A DNA stretch of 64,000 nucleotides from Patescibacteria group bacterium (GTDB lineage Bacteria; Patescibacteriota; Minisyncoccia; UBA9983): positions 19,034 through 83,033 of the forward strand of contig JBFMFK010000003.1 in assembly GCA_040752125.1 (NCBI GenBank), in the 5' to 3' direction. Positions within the stretch are counted from its first letter, which is position 1; each line of letters begins with the position of its first letter. Made by a program: the position numbers and the translations under genes. Below, one piece after another: positions 1 through 9,733 of this stretch. The notes beneath the pieces were generated by a model. That model had not been told where the DNA came from. It did no database searches and saw only the letters and a program-made list of their open reading frames with translations.

Positions 1-2
1 TT

Positions 3-1016
3 TTGAAAAATAGGGGGTATGAAACATCCGGCATATTTTTAAATTTAGGGCAGATCAACTATAAAAATGCCCTTAATGCTGCAAAAAAAGTGGCAAAAAA
101 AATCGGCATACCTCAAAAAACTATTGATTTAAGAAAGAAATTTAAAAAAGAAGTCATTGATTATTTTTTAAAAGGATATAGTTGCGGCATTACACCGAAT
201 CCCTGCATCATTTGCAATAAAAAAATCAAATTTAGAGTGGTTTTTGATTTAATGAAAAAATGGAAATATGATTATTTATCTACCGGGCATTATGTAAAAA
301 AAATAAAAGGTATTTCAGGTTTCGAGCTTCGAGTTGCGCGCGACAAAAATAAAGACCAGTCTTATTTTTTGTATAATTTAACCCAAAAACAATTGGCTAA
401 ATTATTATTTCCGCTGGGGAATTACACAAAAGATGAAGTAAAAAAAATGGCGAAAAAATGGAGGCTGAAAACTTTAAAGAGAGAAAGCCACGACATTTGT
501 TTTTTGGCAGGTGAGCATGGAAAATTTTTGCGCCGGCATTTAAAAAAAATAAAAAGAGGTGAAGTTATGGATATAAACGGAAATCTGATAGGGTTTCATG
601 ATGGTTTGCCATTTTATACAATCGGCCAGAGAATCGGCTTGGGCGGAGGGAAGATAGTGCCTTATTATGTTGTAGAAAAAGACGCAAAAAGGAATATTTT
701 AATCATTGCAAGCAAGGCAGAGGAAAAAAAGTTTTATAAAAAAGAAGTAGTTATTAAAAATATTAATTGGATAAGCGGTAAATCTCCGGATTTGAAAAAA
801 GTTTATAAAGCACGAATAAGATATAGGCAGCCGTTGCAAACTTGCAGAATTATATTGCTAAAAACCAAAAACAAAAAAGTTGCCACTTGGAAGCGATCGC
901 ATTTATCTGGTAACATTTTAGCGAAATTTGCAAAACCTCAAAGAGCAGTGACTCCCGGCCAATCCTTGGTTTTATATGATGGACAGAAACTTCTTGGGGG
1001 TGGTATCATAAAATAA
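3..1016 (+). CDS. mnmA: tRNA 2-thiouridylase MnmA, 5'-truncated by window edge
   Basis: TPNPCIICN, TGHY, KDQSYFL, ESHDICF, YTIGQR, AVTPGQ motifs; SGGVDS start lies outside the window. Confidence 0.95.
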   Translation: MKNRGYETSGIFLNLGQINYKNALNAAKKVAKKIGIPQKTIDLRKKFKKEVIDYFLKGYSCGITPNPCIICNKKIKFRVVFDLMKKWKYDYLSTGHYVKKIKGISGFELRVARDKNKDQSYFLYNLTQKQLAKLLFPLGNYTKDEVKKMAKKWRLKTLKRESHDICFLAGEHGKFLRRHLKKIKRGEVMDINGNLIGFHDGLPFYTIGQRIGLGGGKIVPYYVVEKDAKRNILIIASKAEEKKFYKKEVVIKNINWISGKSPDLKKVYKARIRYRQPLQTCRIILLKTKNKKVATWKRSHLSGNILAKFAKPQRAVTPGQSLVLYDGQKLLGGGIIK

Positions 1017-1018
1017 TA

Positions 1019-2719
1019 ATGACATCCAGAGAAATCAGAAAAAAATTTTTGGAATTTTTTAAAGAGAAAGGACATACGATTATTCCATCAGCTTCATTGA
1101 TTCCGAATGAAACAGATCCTACTGTTCTTTTTACTACTGCTGGCATGCATCCTTTAGTGCCTTATCTTTTAGGAGCAGACCATCCCGGTGGAAAGCGAGT
1201 GGCAAATATCCAGAAATGCATCCGGACTGTTGATATAGATAAAGTGGGAGACAACAGTCATTTGACTTTTTTTGAAATGCTGGGCAACTGGTCTTTTGGT
1301 GATTATTTTAAGCGCGAGGCGATTGAATGGAGTTTGGAATTTTTAACTGATAAAAAATGGCTAGGAATTAATAAAAATAGAATTAGTGTGACAGTTTTTG
1401 CCGGTGATAAAGATGCGCCGCGAGACGAGGAATCAGCCAAAATCTGGCAATCACTCGGTATTCCTCAAAAAAGAATTTTTTACAAAGGCAAAGAGGATAA
1501 TTGGTGGGAACCAGCAGGAGCTACTGGGCCGTGTGGGCCAGATACAGAAATGTTTATTAACCTGCCTGACGGCAAGGCGGGTGGCACGGAAATCTGGAAT
1601 GATGTTTTTATGGAATACAACAAGAGAGCGGACGGGAAATATGAGATATTAAAACAAAAAAATGTTGATACTGGAATGGGATTGGAAAGAATTGCCATGA
1701 TAATGCAAGGGAAAGATAATGTTTATGAAACAGATTTGTTTGCGCCCGTAATAGAAAAAATTAAAGCAATATCTCTTACAAGTTACAAGTTACAAGTTAC
1801 AAGTTACAGAATTATCGCTGACCATATCAAGGCCGCCACTTTTATTATTGCTGATGGAGTGGAGCCATCAAATTTAGGCAGAGGATATGTGTTAAGAAGA
1901 TTGATTCGCAGAGCAATAAGGCATGGCCGGTTGTTAGGTATAGAAAAAAATTTTACAAAAGAAATTGCAGAAGTTGTCATGGATATTTATAAAGAACAAT
2001 ATCCAGAATTATTAAACAATAAATTAAAAATTATGAATGAACTAAAAAATGAAGAACAAAGATTTAAAAAAACACTAGAAAAAGGATTGAAAGAGTTTGA
2101 AAAAGGAACTGAGCCATTTATTCTTTTTACTACTTACGGTTTCCCTATAGAGTTAACGCAGGAATTAGCAAAAGAAAAAGGAATTGAAATAGATATAAAA
2201 AAATTTAATGAGCAATTAAAAGCACATCAGGAACTTTCGCGGACTGCTTCTGCAGGAATGTTTAAGGGCGGATTAGCAGATGACAGCGAACAAACAACAA
2301 AATATCATACTGCCACACATTTACTTTTGGCCGCATTGAGAAAAATATTGGGTGAGCATGTGATACAAAAAGGAAGCAATATTACAGAAAAAAGACTTAG
2401 GTTTGATTTTAATCATCCTCAAAAACTTACACACGAGCAGATTCAGACAATAGAAGATTTAGTGAATAAGAAAATTGAAGAAAAAATTCCTGTGCAAATG
2501 ACTGAAATGCATAAAGACGAAGCTTTAAAAACAACAAAGATTTCTTTTGATCCGTCAAAATATGGCGAAATAGTGAAAGTTTATCAAATAGGAGATTTTA
2601 GTATTGAACTTTGCGGCGGTCCTCATGTAAAATCAACCAGCGAATTAGGCCATTTTAAAATCATTAAAGAAGATGCCAGTTCAGCTGGTGTCCGCCGGAT
2701 AAGGGCGGTTTTGGAATAA
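1019..2719 (+). CDS. alaS: Alanine--tRNA ligase, compact form without C-Ala domain
   Basis: LFTTAGM, HLTFFEMLGNWSFGDYFK, VDTGMGLER, editing motifs HTATH and ELCGGPH. Confidence 0.97.
   Translation: MTSREIRKKFLEFFKEKGHTIIPSASLIPNETDPTVLFTTAGMHPLVPYLLGADHPGGKRVANIQKCIRTVDIDKVGDNSHLTFFEMLGNWSFGDYFKREAIEWSLEFLTDKKWLGINKNRISVTVFAGDKDAPRDEESAKIWQSLGIPQKRIFYKGKEDNWWEPAGATGPCGPDTEMFINLPDGKAGGTEIWNDVFMEYNKRADGKYEILKQKNVDTGMGLERIAMIMQGKDNVYETDLFAPVIEKIKAISLTSYKLQVTSYRIIADHIKAATFIIADGVEPSNLGRGYVLRRLIRRAIRHGRLLGIEKNFTKEIAEVVMDIYKEQYPELLNNKLKIMNELKNEEQRFKKTLEKGLKEFEKGTEPFILFTTYGFPIELTQELAKEKGIEIDIKKFNEQLKAHQELSRTASAGMFKGGLADDSEQTTKYHTATHLLLAALRKILGEHVIQKGSNITEKRLRFDFNHPQKLTHEQIQTIEDLVNKKIEEKIPVQMTEMHKDEALKTTKISFDPSKYGEIVKVYQIGDFSIELCGGPHVKSTSELGHFKIIKEDASSAGVRRIRAVLE
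1776..1808 (+). repeat. (TTACAAG)4+TTACA heptamer tandem repeat inside alaS
   Basis: Read directly; encodes LTSYKLQVTSYR. Confidence 0.9.
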
Positions 2720-2746
2720 AGAAATAAATTTATTATAATATAATTA

Positions 2747-3937
2747 ATGGGTCTTTTTAGGAAAAACAAAAGTAAAAAGGAGCTTATCGCAATTATTGAT
2801 ATCTCCAGTGCCTCGGTGGGGGGAATGTTGTTGGAGAAAAGCCAGGGATCAAGAGAGATTATCTCTTCGGCGAGATATCCGATAAATTTCCTATTTGATA
2901 TAGATTTTCAGGCACATTGGAGATCTACAACAACTTCTATTAATAGGGTTTTAAGTGAGTTAACAAAGAATTATCAAAAAAGACCCGATAAGATTCTCTG
3001 CGTCTTTTCTCTTTTATGGGGTGTGAGCCAGACGAGGATAATTAAAGTGAGGAAAGAGCAATCATTTAAAGTAAAGAAAAATTTCTTGGACAAATTGATA
3101 AATGATGAAGTTAAAATTTTCAAAAGCCAATGGCAAAATAAGACGCCATCTCTCAAGGAAAGTTCTGAACTTATAGAAAGCGAAGCGATGAAAGTTGCCT
3201 TGAACGGATATTTTTTGCAGGATCCCGATGATAAACACGCGAAGACAATAGATATGTACGTTTATATGAGCTTGATTTTAAAAGAAGTGAGAGACAAAAC
3301 AAGAGAATTATTATCAAGATACCTTGGCGAAACTACGGTTTATTTTCACACTCTTCCCTATGTCATTTTTATTTTTTTAAGGGATGAATTAAATATCTCT
3401 GACAGGTTTATGTTTTTGGAAATAGGCGGTGAGACATCAGAATTATCCACAATAAAAGATGGCATTCTGGAAGAAACCATTTCCTTTCCCAAAGGGAGAA
3501 ATTTCTTGATAAGGAAAATAGCTACTGAATTAAAAACTTTTATAGATGATGCAGAATCGAATTTAAAAAGTTTCAGAGAAAAACATATCTCCAATCATCT
3601 CAGTGCAGGGATTGAAAAAATAATTGATGATAATAAAAAAAATTGGTATGAATATTTTTACAGAATATTCAGTGATCTTTCTCAAGATTGCCCCTTGCCT
3701 CGAGACATATTTGTTCTTGGTGATAAAACGATTACTCCAGAGATAATAGATTTTTTGAAAGATGATTCTTTTTCAAAATTTACCACCCTGGGAAAGCCCC
3801 TAGAAGTCAAGGAGATATCAGCGGAGGACTTAAGTCATTATTTCAAATTTAGAGGAAGTTTCGATAAAGATAAAGATTTGTTTTTGATGATTGAAAGTTT
3901 TTTTGCAGACAGATTTTTAAATTACAATATAAAATAA
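2747..3937 (+). CDS. FtsA/PilM-like actin-fold protein
   Basis: IIDISSASV and LEIGGETSEL resemble actin-fold phosphate loops. Confidence 0.6.
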   Translation: MGLFRKNKSKKELIAIIDISSASVGGMLLEKSQGSREIISSARYPINFLFDIDFQAHWRSTTTSINRVLSELTKNYQKRPDKILCVFSLLWGVSQTRIIKVRKEQSFKVKKNFLDKLINDEVKIFKSQWQNKTPSLKESSELIESEAMKVALNGYFLQDPDDKHAKTIDMYVYMSLILKEVRDKTRELLSRYLGETTVYFHTLPYVIFIFLRDELNISDRFMFLEIGGETSELSTIKDGILEETISFPKGRNFLIRKIATELKTFIDDAESNLKSFREKHISNHLSAGIEKIIDDNKKNWYEYFYRIFSDLSQDCPLPRDIFVLGDKTITPEIIDFLKDDSFSKFTTLGKPLEVKEISAEDLSHYFKFRGSFDKDKDLFLMIESFFADRFLNYNIK

Positions 3938-3947
3938 ATTTTTTATT

Positions 3948-5186
3948 ATGTCCCCTAAAATCCTAGAAGACGTTATAAGAAAAAAGAAGATTGAGATTAT
4001 TCCGCAGGCGCCAGCGATTACAAAGACGTGCCGTGGAAAAACTAAAAGAAAATTCTCTTTGAAGATTCTTTTTTGGGTTTTTATTTCTCTTGCCGTTATT
4101 TTCTTTTTGATTATCCTAATAAGTTTTTTTGTTTCAGCCACAGTTAAATATACCCCCAAACAAGAGCTGTTTTCAGCAGATTTAAATATGAAGGCATTTA
4201 GGGGGAATGTTAAAAATAATTCTCTGTTATTTGAAATTATCCAAATGAGCTATGAAGCTTCTCAGTCTTTAGCCGCAACCGAAGTCAAAAATGTTGAGTC
4301 AAGGGCAAATGGCATTATTATCATTTATAATAATTTCAGTTCCAATTCCCAAGTTTTAATTAAAAACACTCGTTTTGAGACGCCTGACGGGAAGATTTAT
4401 AGAATAAATGAAACTATCACTGTTCCCGGGATACAAAAGAGAGATAGCGGTAATATCCCCGGATCACTGGAAGTGAAAGTCTACGCAGATAAGCCAGGCG
4501 ATAAATATAATATCGGCTTGACTGATTTTACAATACCCGGCTTTAAGGGCGACCCGCGTTATGAAAAAATTTACGGCCGATCCAAAACAAATATGTCAGG
4601 AGGATTCATTGGTAAGGCAGCTGTTTTAAGCCAGACAGATATTGATAAAATCAATTTGGTCCTCAGCGATAAAATCAAAAAACATCTGGAAGAAGAAATA
4701 ACAAGCAAAAAACCAAATGGCTTTATTCTTTTCAATAAAGCTCTGATGATTAATCTTGAAGATGCGGTTGAAAATCCTAAGGTCGGAGATGTCGGAGATA
4801 AATTTATTTTTAAAAAGAAGGGGGTGGCAACAGGATTTCTCTTGCCTGAAGAATCTTTTACAAGTCAGATATTGAAAAATTATTTGAGCGAAAATGAAGT
4901 GGCAGAGGTTCGCCTTTTAGATGCTGAGAAACTTGATTTTACTCTTATCAGCAGCAATCAGGATAATACAGAGATTGTCTTTAAAGTAAAAGGAAATGTG
5001 CGCGCTGTTTGGAAAGTTGATGAAGATTCTTTAAGTAATGATCTTTTGAATATCAAAGACAAGAACTATGCTGCTGTGTTTAAAAATTATCCTGCGGTTG
5101 AAAGGGCGGAAATATCTTTCAAGCCATCATGGTGGCAGAATATGCCCAGAAAAAAGTCAAAGATTAAATTTGAAGAGGTCTTGTAA
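3948..5186 (+). CDS. Membrane-anchored hypothetical protein (baseplate-J-like domain family typical of CPR)
   Basis: N-terminal TM helix; ANGIIIIYN...TRFETPDGKIYR...VYADKPGDKYNI...MSGG pattern. Confidence 0.55.
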   Translation: MSPKILEDVIRKKKIEIIPQAPAITKTCRGKTKRKFSLKILFWVFISLAVIFFLIILISFFVSATVKYTPKQELFSADLNMKAFRGNVKNNSLLFEIIQMSYEASQSLAATEVKNVESRANGIIIIYNNFSSNSQVLIKNTRFETPDGKIYRINETITVPGIQKRDSGNIPGSLEVKVYADKPGDKYNIGLTDFTIPGFKGDPRYEKIYGRSKTNMSGGFIGKAAVLSQTDIDKINLVLSDKIKKHLEEEITSKKPNGFILFNKALMINLEDAVENPKVGDVGDKFIFKKKGVATGFLLPEESFTSQILKNYLSENEVAEVRLLDAEKLDFTLISSNQDNTEIVFKVKGNVRAVWKVDEDSLSNDLLNIKDKNYAAVFKNYPAVERAEISFKPSWWQNMPRKKSKIKFEEVL

Positions 5187-5248
5187 AAATATTTTCAATC
5201 CGGTATCATTTAATCAAAGATAAAATTCCTTATATTAAAGGAGGTTGA

Positions 5249-5686
5249 ATGAAAAAAATCTTAATTTTGGTTTTTGTCTTTGCATTTTTTTTCACCAGCA
5301 ACTGTCTGTTTCTTGAAAAGATGCAAGGTAAAATCTGGGATTTTTTCTTTAAGAAGAAAAATGAATACTATGAAGCGATTGCTTCTTGGTATGGTCCGGG
5401 GTTCTGGGGCAAGTGCCGCGCTGACGGAAAAATCTATCATTTAGATGACAACAAAATTTTTGTTGCTCATAAAGATTATCCTCTTGGAACAAGATTAAAA
5501 ATAACAAACCTGAATAATGGAAAAACCATCGTGGCGAAAGTTCTTGATAGAGGCCCTTATATTTATGGTCGGGAGATAGATCTCTCGTATGGAGCGGCAA
5601 AAATTTTAGGCGCCATAGAACCCGGTTTAATACCGGTAAGAATTGAAAAAATTGAACATTTTTCTTCAAATAGGCGATACCGCTAA
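5249..5686 (+). CDS. rlpA: RlpA-like (DPBB) septal ring lytic transglycosylase family protein
   Basis: ASWYG, AHKDYPLGT, DRGPY, IDLS motifs; strong SD AAGGAGG. Confidence 0.85.
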   Translation: MKKILILVFVFAFFFTSNCLFLEKMQGKIWDFFFKKKNEYYEAIASWYGPGFWGKCRADGKIYHLDDNKIFVAHKDYPLGTRLKITNLNNGKTIVAKVLDRGPYIYGREIDLSYGAAKILGAIEPGLIPVRIEKIEHFSSNRRYR

Positions 5687-5707
5687 AGAGGCGGTATCGC
5701 CATTTTT
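5673..5707 (+). terminator. Intrinsic terminator
   Basis: GGCGATACCGC/GCGGTATCGCC stem then T tract. Confidence 0.8.
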
Positions 5708-5754
5708 CCACACTTAACAAAAAATAGAAATATGAGATAATAATATAACTCATA

Positions 5755-6009
5755 ATGTCTTTAGGAAAAAGATTAGATTCAAAATTTGGTTTTATAGTGT
5801 TTTTCGGTTTTATCTTGATAGATAGTGTTTTTTTGATTTCAATTTTCAATCGGATGACAGAAGAAGAGGTTAAAAATTTTGATGAATGTGTGCAGAAGGG
5901 CTATCCGGTTTTAAATTCTTCACCAAATAGGGAATGTTCAACTTTAGAAGGACAAGTTTTTATAGAAGAGAGAAGATCTGAGATGAATGTGAACAAAAAC
6001 AAAAAATAA
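5755..6009 (+). CDS. Small membrane protein with Cys-pair motif
   Basis: TM helix followed by NFDECVQKGYPV...REC...GQVF. Confidence 0.6.
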   Translation: MSLGKRLDSKFGFIVFFGFILIDSVFLISIFNRMTEEEVKNFDECVQKGYPVLNSSPNRECSTLEGQVFIEERRSEMNVNKNKK

Positions 6010-6091
6010 TCTCTCTATCAAAAAATCCTTTATTTTTCATTTTTTCAATTGTATAATATTATATACCATATAATACGCCGTGAACAGCAGT

Positions 6092-6781
6092 ATGAATAAT
6101 ATTTTAGAAGTAAACAATCTTTCTGTTAAATTCAGGAATGAAAAGATAATTGACAATCTTTCTTTTAATTTAAAGGAAAAAGATAATCTTGTGATCCTTG
6201 GTCCCAATGGTGCGGGTAAAAGTGTCCTCTTAAAAACTCTTCTGGGGCTTTTGCCGTTTGAGGGAGAGATTAAATGGAAAAAGGAGGTAAGAATCAGCTA
6301 TGTGCCCCAGAAATTTTTCCCTTCCGGCGAGATTCCTCTCAGCGTTGAGGAATTTTTTAAATTAAAGAAAATAGAAAAAAACGAAATTGAAAAATCTTTA
6401 AGATCAGTGGGATTGACTGATTTGGAGATTATGAAGAAAAAGATCGGCGTTATCTCAACAGGAGAGTTTCAAAGAGCGATGATCGCCTGGAGTCTGGCAG
6501 ACAATCCTGATGTTCTGCTTTTTGATGAGCCGACTGCGGGTATTGATATTGGCGGCGAGGAAACTATTTATAATCTTTTGATGCAAATAGAAAAAGAATT
6601 GAATCTGACCATGGTTATTGTTACTCATGAGCTTAATATCATTTATAAATTTGCCAATAGTGTTCTCTGCCTGAATAAAAAAGCAGTTTGCTATGGCACC
6701 CCTGAAGAAGCTCTTACGCCAGAAAGCATTGGTCAATTATACGGAGGGAAGATAAAATTTTATCAGCATCAACATGATTGA
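6092..6781 (+). CDS. znuC: Metal (Zn/Mn) ABC transporter ATP-binding protein
   Basis: GPNGAGKS, LFDEPT, His-rich C-terminus; ATG 6092 preferred over GTG 6080. Confidence 0.85.
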   Translation: MNNILEVNNLSVKFRNEKIIDNLSFNLKEKDNLVILGPNGAGKSVLLKTLLGLLPFEGEIKWKKEVRISYVPQKFFPSGEIPLSVEEFFKLKKIEKNEIEKSLRSVGLTDLEIMKKKIGVISTGEFQRAMIAWSLADNPDVLLFDEPTAGIDIGGEETIYNLLMQIEKELNLTMVIVTHELNIIYKFANSVLCLNKKAVCYGTPEEALTPESIGQLYGGKIKFYQHQHD

Positions 6782-7544
6782 AGAACAAATTTTTTACAGC
6801 CTGATCGCCGCAATCTTTGTGGGAGGTTCAACAGGGTATCTTGGTTCTTTGATGGTAACAAGGCGGATGGCTTTAGTGGGAGATGCCTTGGGTCATGTGG
6901 CCTTGCCAGGTATAGCTATGGCTCTTTTATATAATTTTAATGTTATCTTGGGTGCGCTCGCCTCTCTTTTTTTTGGAATTTTACTTATCTGGTTTTTACA
7001 TTTCAAAACAGAATTGCATACCGAGGTATTGACAGGAATAATTTTCGCTGTCAGTCTTGCTTTTGCATTTCTCATCCTTCCATCGGAGGATTTAGAGACG
7101 GCATTGATTGGAGATATTGCCAAAATCAATACTCTTGAATTTATCATCACTGTTTTTCTTTCTTCAATCATTTTTCTCATTGTCAGATATATTTATTCCA
7201 AAATTGTTTTAATGACTTTATCAGAAGATTTAGCCAAATCCAAAAAGATAAATGTTAATCTGAACAATCTCATTTATTTGTTGAGCGTTGGAATTATCAT
7301 TGCCCTAGGAATAAAAATAGTCGGCTCGCTTTTAATAGGAGGGCTTGTTATCATTCCTGCGGCAGCCTCAAGAAATTTAAGCAAAAACCTGTCCCAATAT
7401 GTCTTTGGAGCAGTATTTATTGGAATCTTCAGTGCTCTTTCAGGAGTTTTATTATATAGGGCAACCGGCTTTTCTGCCGGTCCAATTATCATTCTTATTG
7501 CCGCCATGGTCTTTTTAATATCATTTTTATTCAAGCAAAAATAA
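6774..7544 (+). CDS. znuB: Metal ABC transporter permease
   Basis: GDALGHVALPG motif, multiple TM helices. Confidence 0.85.
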   Translation: MIEEQIFYSLIAAIFVGGSTGYLGSLMVTRRMALVGDALGHVALPGIAMALLYNFNVILGALASLFFGILLIWFLHFKTELHTEVLTGIIFAVSLAFAFLILPSEDLETALIGDIAKINTLEFIITVFLSSIIFLIVRYIYSKIVLMTLSEDLAKSKKINVNLNNLIYLLSVGIIIALGIKIVGSLLIGGLVIIPAAASRNLSKNLSQYVFGAVFIGIFSALSGVLLYRATGFSAGPIIILIAAMVFLISFLFKQK

Positions 7545-7561
7545 AAAATACGATACAAATA

Positions 7562-8239
7562 ATGCCTAAACATATTGCCATAATAATGGACGGTAATCGA
7601 AGATGGGCGGAAAAAAGAGGATTGCCATCAATTGTCGGCCATAAAAAAGGATATTTGAATTTTAAAAAAATCGCAGAGGCTTGCGATAAACTGGGGATAA
7701 AAATCCTGACAGTTTATGCTTTTTCCACAGAGAATTGGCAGAGAAGCAAAACCGAAGTTTCTTATTTGATGAAGTTATTTGAAGAGAACATAAAAAAAGA
7801 AAGGAAATTTTTTAACAAAAACAATATCCGTTTTAATGTCATTGGTCAGATAGAGAAGTTGCCGGAAAAACTCAGAAAAATAGTTTGTGAGGTGATGGAA
7901 AAGACAAAGGAAAACAAAAAAAGAATTATTAATGTGGCGATCAGTTATGGGGGAAGGGCAGAGATAATCAACGTCATAAAAAAGATTTTAGAGAGAAAGG
8001 TTCCTTCTGATAAAATTGATGAAAAGATTTTTGAGGAATATCTCTACACTGCTGGCCAAAAGAATCCTGATTTGATAATAAGAACAGGTGGCGAAAAGAG
8101 ACTTTCCGGATTTTTAACATGGCAATCTGTATATTCAGAGCTTTATTTTTCTGACAAGCTCTGGCCGGATTTTAATGAAAGAGACTTGAAAGAGGCAATT
8201 CAAGAATTTCAAAAGCGTCAAAGGAGATTTGGCAGATAG
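7562..8239 (+). CDS. uppS: Undecaprenyl diphosphate synthase
   Basis: HIAIIMDGNRRWA, YAFSTENW, IRTGGEKRLS. Confidence 0.97.
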   Translation: MPKHIAIIMDGNRRWAEKRGLPSIVGHKKGYLNFKKIAEACDKLGIKILTVYAFSTENWQRSKTEVSYLMKLFEENIKKERKFFNKNNIRFNVIGQIEKLPEKLRKIVCEVMEKTKENKKRIINVAISYGGRAEIINVIKKILERKVPSDKIDEKIFEEYLYTAGQKNPDLIIRTGGEKRLSGFLTWQSVYSELYFSDKLWPDFNERDLKEAIQEFQKRQRRFGR

Positions 8240-8317
8240 TGAAAATACTTGACTCTGTTTTTTCTTTAGTGTAAATTTTAATGTAGAAAAGAAATCTTTT
8301 AAACAGAGGAGGTATGA

Positions 8318-8614
8318 ATGGATTTTAGAATCATCAGTATTAATGGAGTGAAAAAATTTAAGCTTGATCCATGGCAACCGGACAAATTATATCCAGTCCC
8401 GGAAGGCACCCATTACGTTCATGTCAGAGCAGGTAAGTTATGTTTTGGTCAAACTAATAACAATCCCAATCTTAAGTCCAAAACCAGAATCAAGACCAAT
8501 CGGGGAACATTCTTTCTAAATCCCTTAGGTAATAGGTGCAGATTCATTAGTTTTTACTCTTATTTTTACAATTCTAGTGGCCATCATTATGGCGAACCTC
8601 AATGGCACGAGTAA
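8318..8614 (+). CDS. Hypothetical protein (ORFan-like)
   Basis: Strong SD GAGGAGGT and its own terminator; no recognisable motif. Confidence 0.6.
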   Translation: MDFRIISINGVKKFKLDPWQPDKLYPVPEGTHYVHVRAGKLCFGQTNNNPNLKSKTRIKTNRGTFFLNPLGNRCRFISFYSYFYNSSGHHYGEPQWHE

Positions 8615-8626
8615 TGAATTCTAAAC

Positions 8627-8653
8627 AAGGGGGAGGTTTTAATCCCCCTTTTT
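8627..8653 (+). terminator. Intrinsic terminator
   Basis: AAGGGGGA/TCCCCCTT stem plus T tract. Confidence 0.8.
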
Positions 8654-8671
8654 ATTTATTTTATTTTACTA

Positions 8672-8704
8672 CAAAATGTTCAACTTCCGATATCGAACAT
8701 TTTG
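8672..8704. repeat. REP-like palindrome, related to 22893-22915
   Basis: CAAAATGTTC-13nt-GAACATTTTG; 20/23 identity to the 22893 copy. Confidence 0.7.
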
Positions 8705-8744
8705 AACATTTTGAAAATAAAGACTATGTGGTATTATATCAATA

Positions 8745-9731
8745 ATGGCAATCAAGGTAGGCATTCTTAGGGGCGGTCCATCTAATGAACATGAAGTTTC
8801 CCTAAAAACAGGGGAAAACGTAATTAAATATCTGCCCCAAAAATATTCTGTCTACGATATTATTCTAGGAAAAAGCGGAAATTGGTTTTTCAATAAAAAA
8901 ATTTCTCTTCCTGATAAAATTCTCCGGTCTATAGATGTTGTTTTCAATGCTTTACACGGAGAATTCGGCGAAGATGGAAAGGTTCAGCAAATTCTGGAAA
9001 CCTTTGGCGTTCCCTATACAGGTTCTGGCATCCTCTCCTCGGCATTGGGAATGAATAAAATTTTTTCCAGCGCTATCTTCGCAAAGGTCGGGCTGAAGAT
9101 ACCTGAAGGTATTATCATTGATAAAGAAAAATCACTCCTGGAAACAGCAAAAGATATTTTCAAACTGAAATCTCCTCCTTGGGTGGTAAAGCCAATTTCC
9201 TGCGGCTCGTCAGTCGGGGTTTGCGTGGCAGATACTTTTGACGATCTTGTAAGGGGTATAAAAGATGCCTTTTTATACAGCAATAGAATAATTATTGAGG
9301 AATATATCAAAGGAAGGGAAATGACCTGCGGGGTTATTGACAGTTTCAGAGGAGAAAGATATTACGCTCTGCCGGTGACAGAAATTATCCTTCCGCCATT
9401 TTGTAAATTTTTTGATTATAATGCAAAATATAAATATGAGACGCAGGAAATCTGTCCTGCTAATATTGATTTGAATATCAAAAAATCAATAGAAGAGATG
9501 GCAAAGACAGCGCATAGATCATTGGGCTGTAGAGATTACTCAAGATCTGATTTTATGGTTGCGTATAAAAAGAGGAAACCGGAAATATATATTCTTGAGA
9601 TTAATACTTTGCCCGGCTTGACACCAGCCTCTCTTTTGCCAAAGGCATTGAGTGCTGTTGGTTCAACCTATACAGAATTTTTAGATCACATCATTGGATT
9701 GGCATTAAACAGAAAAAATAATAAAAAATAA
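8745..9731 (+). CDS. ddl: D-alanine--D-alanine ligase
   Basis: GGPSNEHEVS, LHGEFGEDG, GSSVG, EINTLPG. Confidence 0.95.
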   Translation: MAIKVGILRGGPSNEHEVSLKTGENVIKYLPQKYSVYDIILGKSGNWFFNKKISLPDKILRSIDVVFNALHGEFGEDGKVQQILETFGVPYTGSGILSSALGMNKIFSSAIFAKVGLKIPEGIIIDKEKSLLETAKDIFKLKSPPWVVKPISCGSSVGVCVADTFDDLVRGIKDAFLYSNRIIIEEYIKGREMTCGVIDSFRGERYYALPVTEIILPPFCKFFDYNAKYKYETQEICPANIDLNIKKSIEEMAKTAHRSLGCRDYSRSDFMVAYKKRKPEIYILEINTLPGLTPASLLPKALSAVGSTYTEFLDHIIGLALNRKNNKK

Positions 9732-9733
9732 TT

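Noticed and set aside
3948-5186. Prophage or contractile-system gene (baseplate-J-like)
   Set aside because: It is membrane-anchored, sits among housekeeping genes and has no phage neighbours.
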